DNA of 64,000 nt, taken from the NCBI GenBank assembly GCA_963813535.1, contig CAWEZH010000002.1:800001-864000 (forward strand), read 5' to 3'. The notes beneath the pieces are model-generated. The model saw nothing but the letters and a program-made list of their open reading frames with translations, did no database searches and had not been told where the DNA came from. The DNA comes from an uncultured Chloroflexia bacterium. GTDB lineage: Bacteria > Chloroflexota > Limnocylindria > Limnocylindrales > CSP1-4. Shown here piece by piece: positions 62,548 to 64,000 of the stretch (within the stretch, counting starts at the first letter, position 1; every line of letters starts with the position of its first letter). The position numbers and the translations under genes were made by a program.

Positions 62548-63333
62548 TTGGGCGACTTCGACGGCAAGGTCATCGTCGTCACCGGCGCGGCTTCCTTCGT
62601 CGGTGAGGCCATCGGCGCGGTGCTCATCGAGGGTGGCGCCCAGGTGGTCCTGGCGGACCGGGATGCCGATCACGGGCAGGCGGTCGCCGAGGGTCTGGGC
62701 GACGCTGCCCAATTCGTCACCGCGGATGTCGCCAGCGATGCCGACCTCGACCGCCTCGTGGCGAGTGCCGTCGAGGGCTTCGGACGGCTGGACGGGGTCG
62801 TCGGCGGGAGCGCGAATTTCGAGGACGAACGCCTGGCGAGCGACCGCGCGATGTGGCAGCGGGTCCTGGACGTGAATGTCGCCTCCGCCGCGATGCTGAC
62901 CACGAAGGCCGTGGCAGCCATGCCGCCGGGCGGCGCGATCGTCCACATCGCATCGGTCAGCGGACATGTCTCGCAGCCGGCCCGGGTCGTCTACAACGTG
63001 TCGAAGGCGGCGCTCCTGATGCTCGTGAAGAGCGCAGCGCACCACCTCGCTCCGCAGCGCATCCGCGTCAACGCGGTGTCCCCCGGCTGGATGTGGAGTC
63101 GCAACATCGAGCGCCGCTATGGGACCCGCGAGCGGGCGGACGCCCTGGCCGCCGAGTTCCAGCCGTTGGGTCGGATGGCCGAGCCACGCGAAGTGGCCGA
63201 GGCGGTCGCCTTCCTGCTCTCGGAACGCGCCTCGTTCGTGACCGGCGCGGAGCTCATGGTCGACGGCGGCTACGCGACCATCGGGCCGGAGGCACTGGGT
63301 CAGCCGTTCGACAAGGTCCGGACCATCGTCTGA
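62548..63333 (+). CDS. Short-chain dehydrogenase/reductase
   Basis: VTGA...G, S..YNVSK catalytic motif, RVNAVSPG, VTG..L.VDGGY. Confidence 0.88.
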   Translation: MGDFDGKVIVVTGAASFVGEAIGAVLIEGGAQVVLADRDADHGQAVAEGLGDAAQFVTADVASDADLDRLVASAVEGFGRLDGVVGGSANFEDERLASDRAMWQRVLDVNVASAAMLTTKAVAAMPPGGAIVHIASVSGHVSQPARVVYNVSKAALLMLVKSAAHHLAPQRIRVNAVSPGWMWSRNIERRYGTRERADALAAEFQPLGRMAEPREVAEAVAFLLSERASFVTGAELMVDGGYATIGPEALGQPFDKVRTIV

Positions 63334-63336
63334 ACG

Positions 63337-64000
63337 TCAGTCCGGCGAGCGCTCCCCGATCAACGCATCCAAGGTGGCGCGGGTCGACGTGAGGGACGAC
63401 GCCAGTCGCGCCCGCTCCGACGGCGAGTGCACCGCGGCCACGGACTCGACCCACGTGCGCGCCCCATCGATGATCGTGCCGATCACTGCCGCGTCCTCGA
63501 CAGAGAAGGGCCGCCGGCCGCCGACGTCGAGATAGACCGGGGAGCTGTGGGCGCCCATGCTCGTCGCGAAGGCCGAGCGGATGTGCTCGCGACTGGCGAC
63601 ACGGGCCGCAAGCCAGCCGCTGCCCGTGACCCTGATGCGCTCCGACAGGTCGACGCGGTCCGACCCGCCGCCATCCGCGACGGCGACGACACGCCCGTCG
63701 TGGATCACCTCGACCCGGTCGATGACGGATTGCGCGGCCCACGCGGTCGCGTGCACGTCGACCGTGCCGCCACGACGCCCCAGGCGGACGACATCGCCCG
63801 GCTCGTGCCCATCGACCCGGAGATCGATGAACGACCCCGACGAAACGAACGTCCGACCCGCTCGCACGGCATCGGCCCAGCCGTCGAACGACAGGGCCCG
63901 CTCCGGATCGAGCCGGGCGTACGTGCGGATCGCCCCGAGCGGGATCTCGGAGGACATCTTGTCCGTGCCACCCACGATCGGCAGGCGATAGCCGCAGGAC
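63337..64000 (-). CDS. CehA/McbA-type (PHP-like) metallohydrolase, C-terminal part (start outside window)
   Basis: CGYRLPIVGGTD, RTYA, AVRAGRTFVS.G, SGWLAAR, AHSSPVY. Confidence 0.7.
   Translation of the reverse strand, partial: SCGYRLPIVGGTDKMSSEIPLGAIRTYARLDPERALSFDGWADAVRAGRTFVSSGSFIDLRVDGHEPGDVVRLGRRGGTVDVHATAWAAQSVIDRVEVIHDGRVVAVADGGGSDRVDLSERIRVTGSGWLAARVASREHIRSAFATSMGAHSSPVYLDVGGRRPFSVEDAAVIGTIIDGARTWVESVAAVHSPSERARLASSLTSTRATLDALIGERSPD

Overview
High-GC, gene-dense chromosomal segment. Gene content and protein style resemble Chloroflexota (Limnocylindria/Ellin6529-like); this is inferred, not searched. Bases 1-48.7 kb are almost all minus-strand housekeeping genes: mnmA-iscS, typA, aspS, hisS, rel, a murJ-fem-fem-murE peptidoglycan block, comM-dprA...topA-xerC, tyrA, trpB2, thpR-ppa, ftsH, a tRNA(CAU), a VanW protein and nfeD-flotillin. 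Next come an SOS-box-preceded mrfA-mrfB repair pair and a divergent inositol/aminocyclitol catabolic cluster with a LacI-type operator; no iolB/iolC/iolJ is seen in the window. The most unusual element is a lone plus-strand XRE-HTH + PD-(D/E)xK-like gene followed by an array of 17-bp palindromic repeats (TTGCCG-CNCCA-CGGCA) spaced 51/30/51/51 bp, whose unique spacers fold into tandem hairpins. Other points of interest are a lysyl-oxidase/SLH surface protein, a stand-alone DnaB C-terminal-domain ATPase next to a MITE-like hairpin with a gene-end duplication, pervasive leaderless promoters and two single-base frameshifts. All calls come from motif recognition by eye; no database searches were run.
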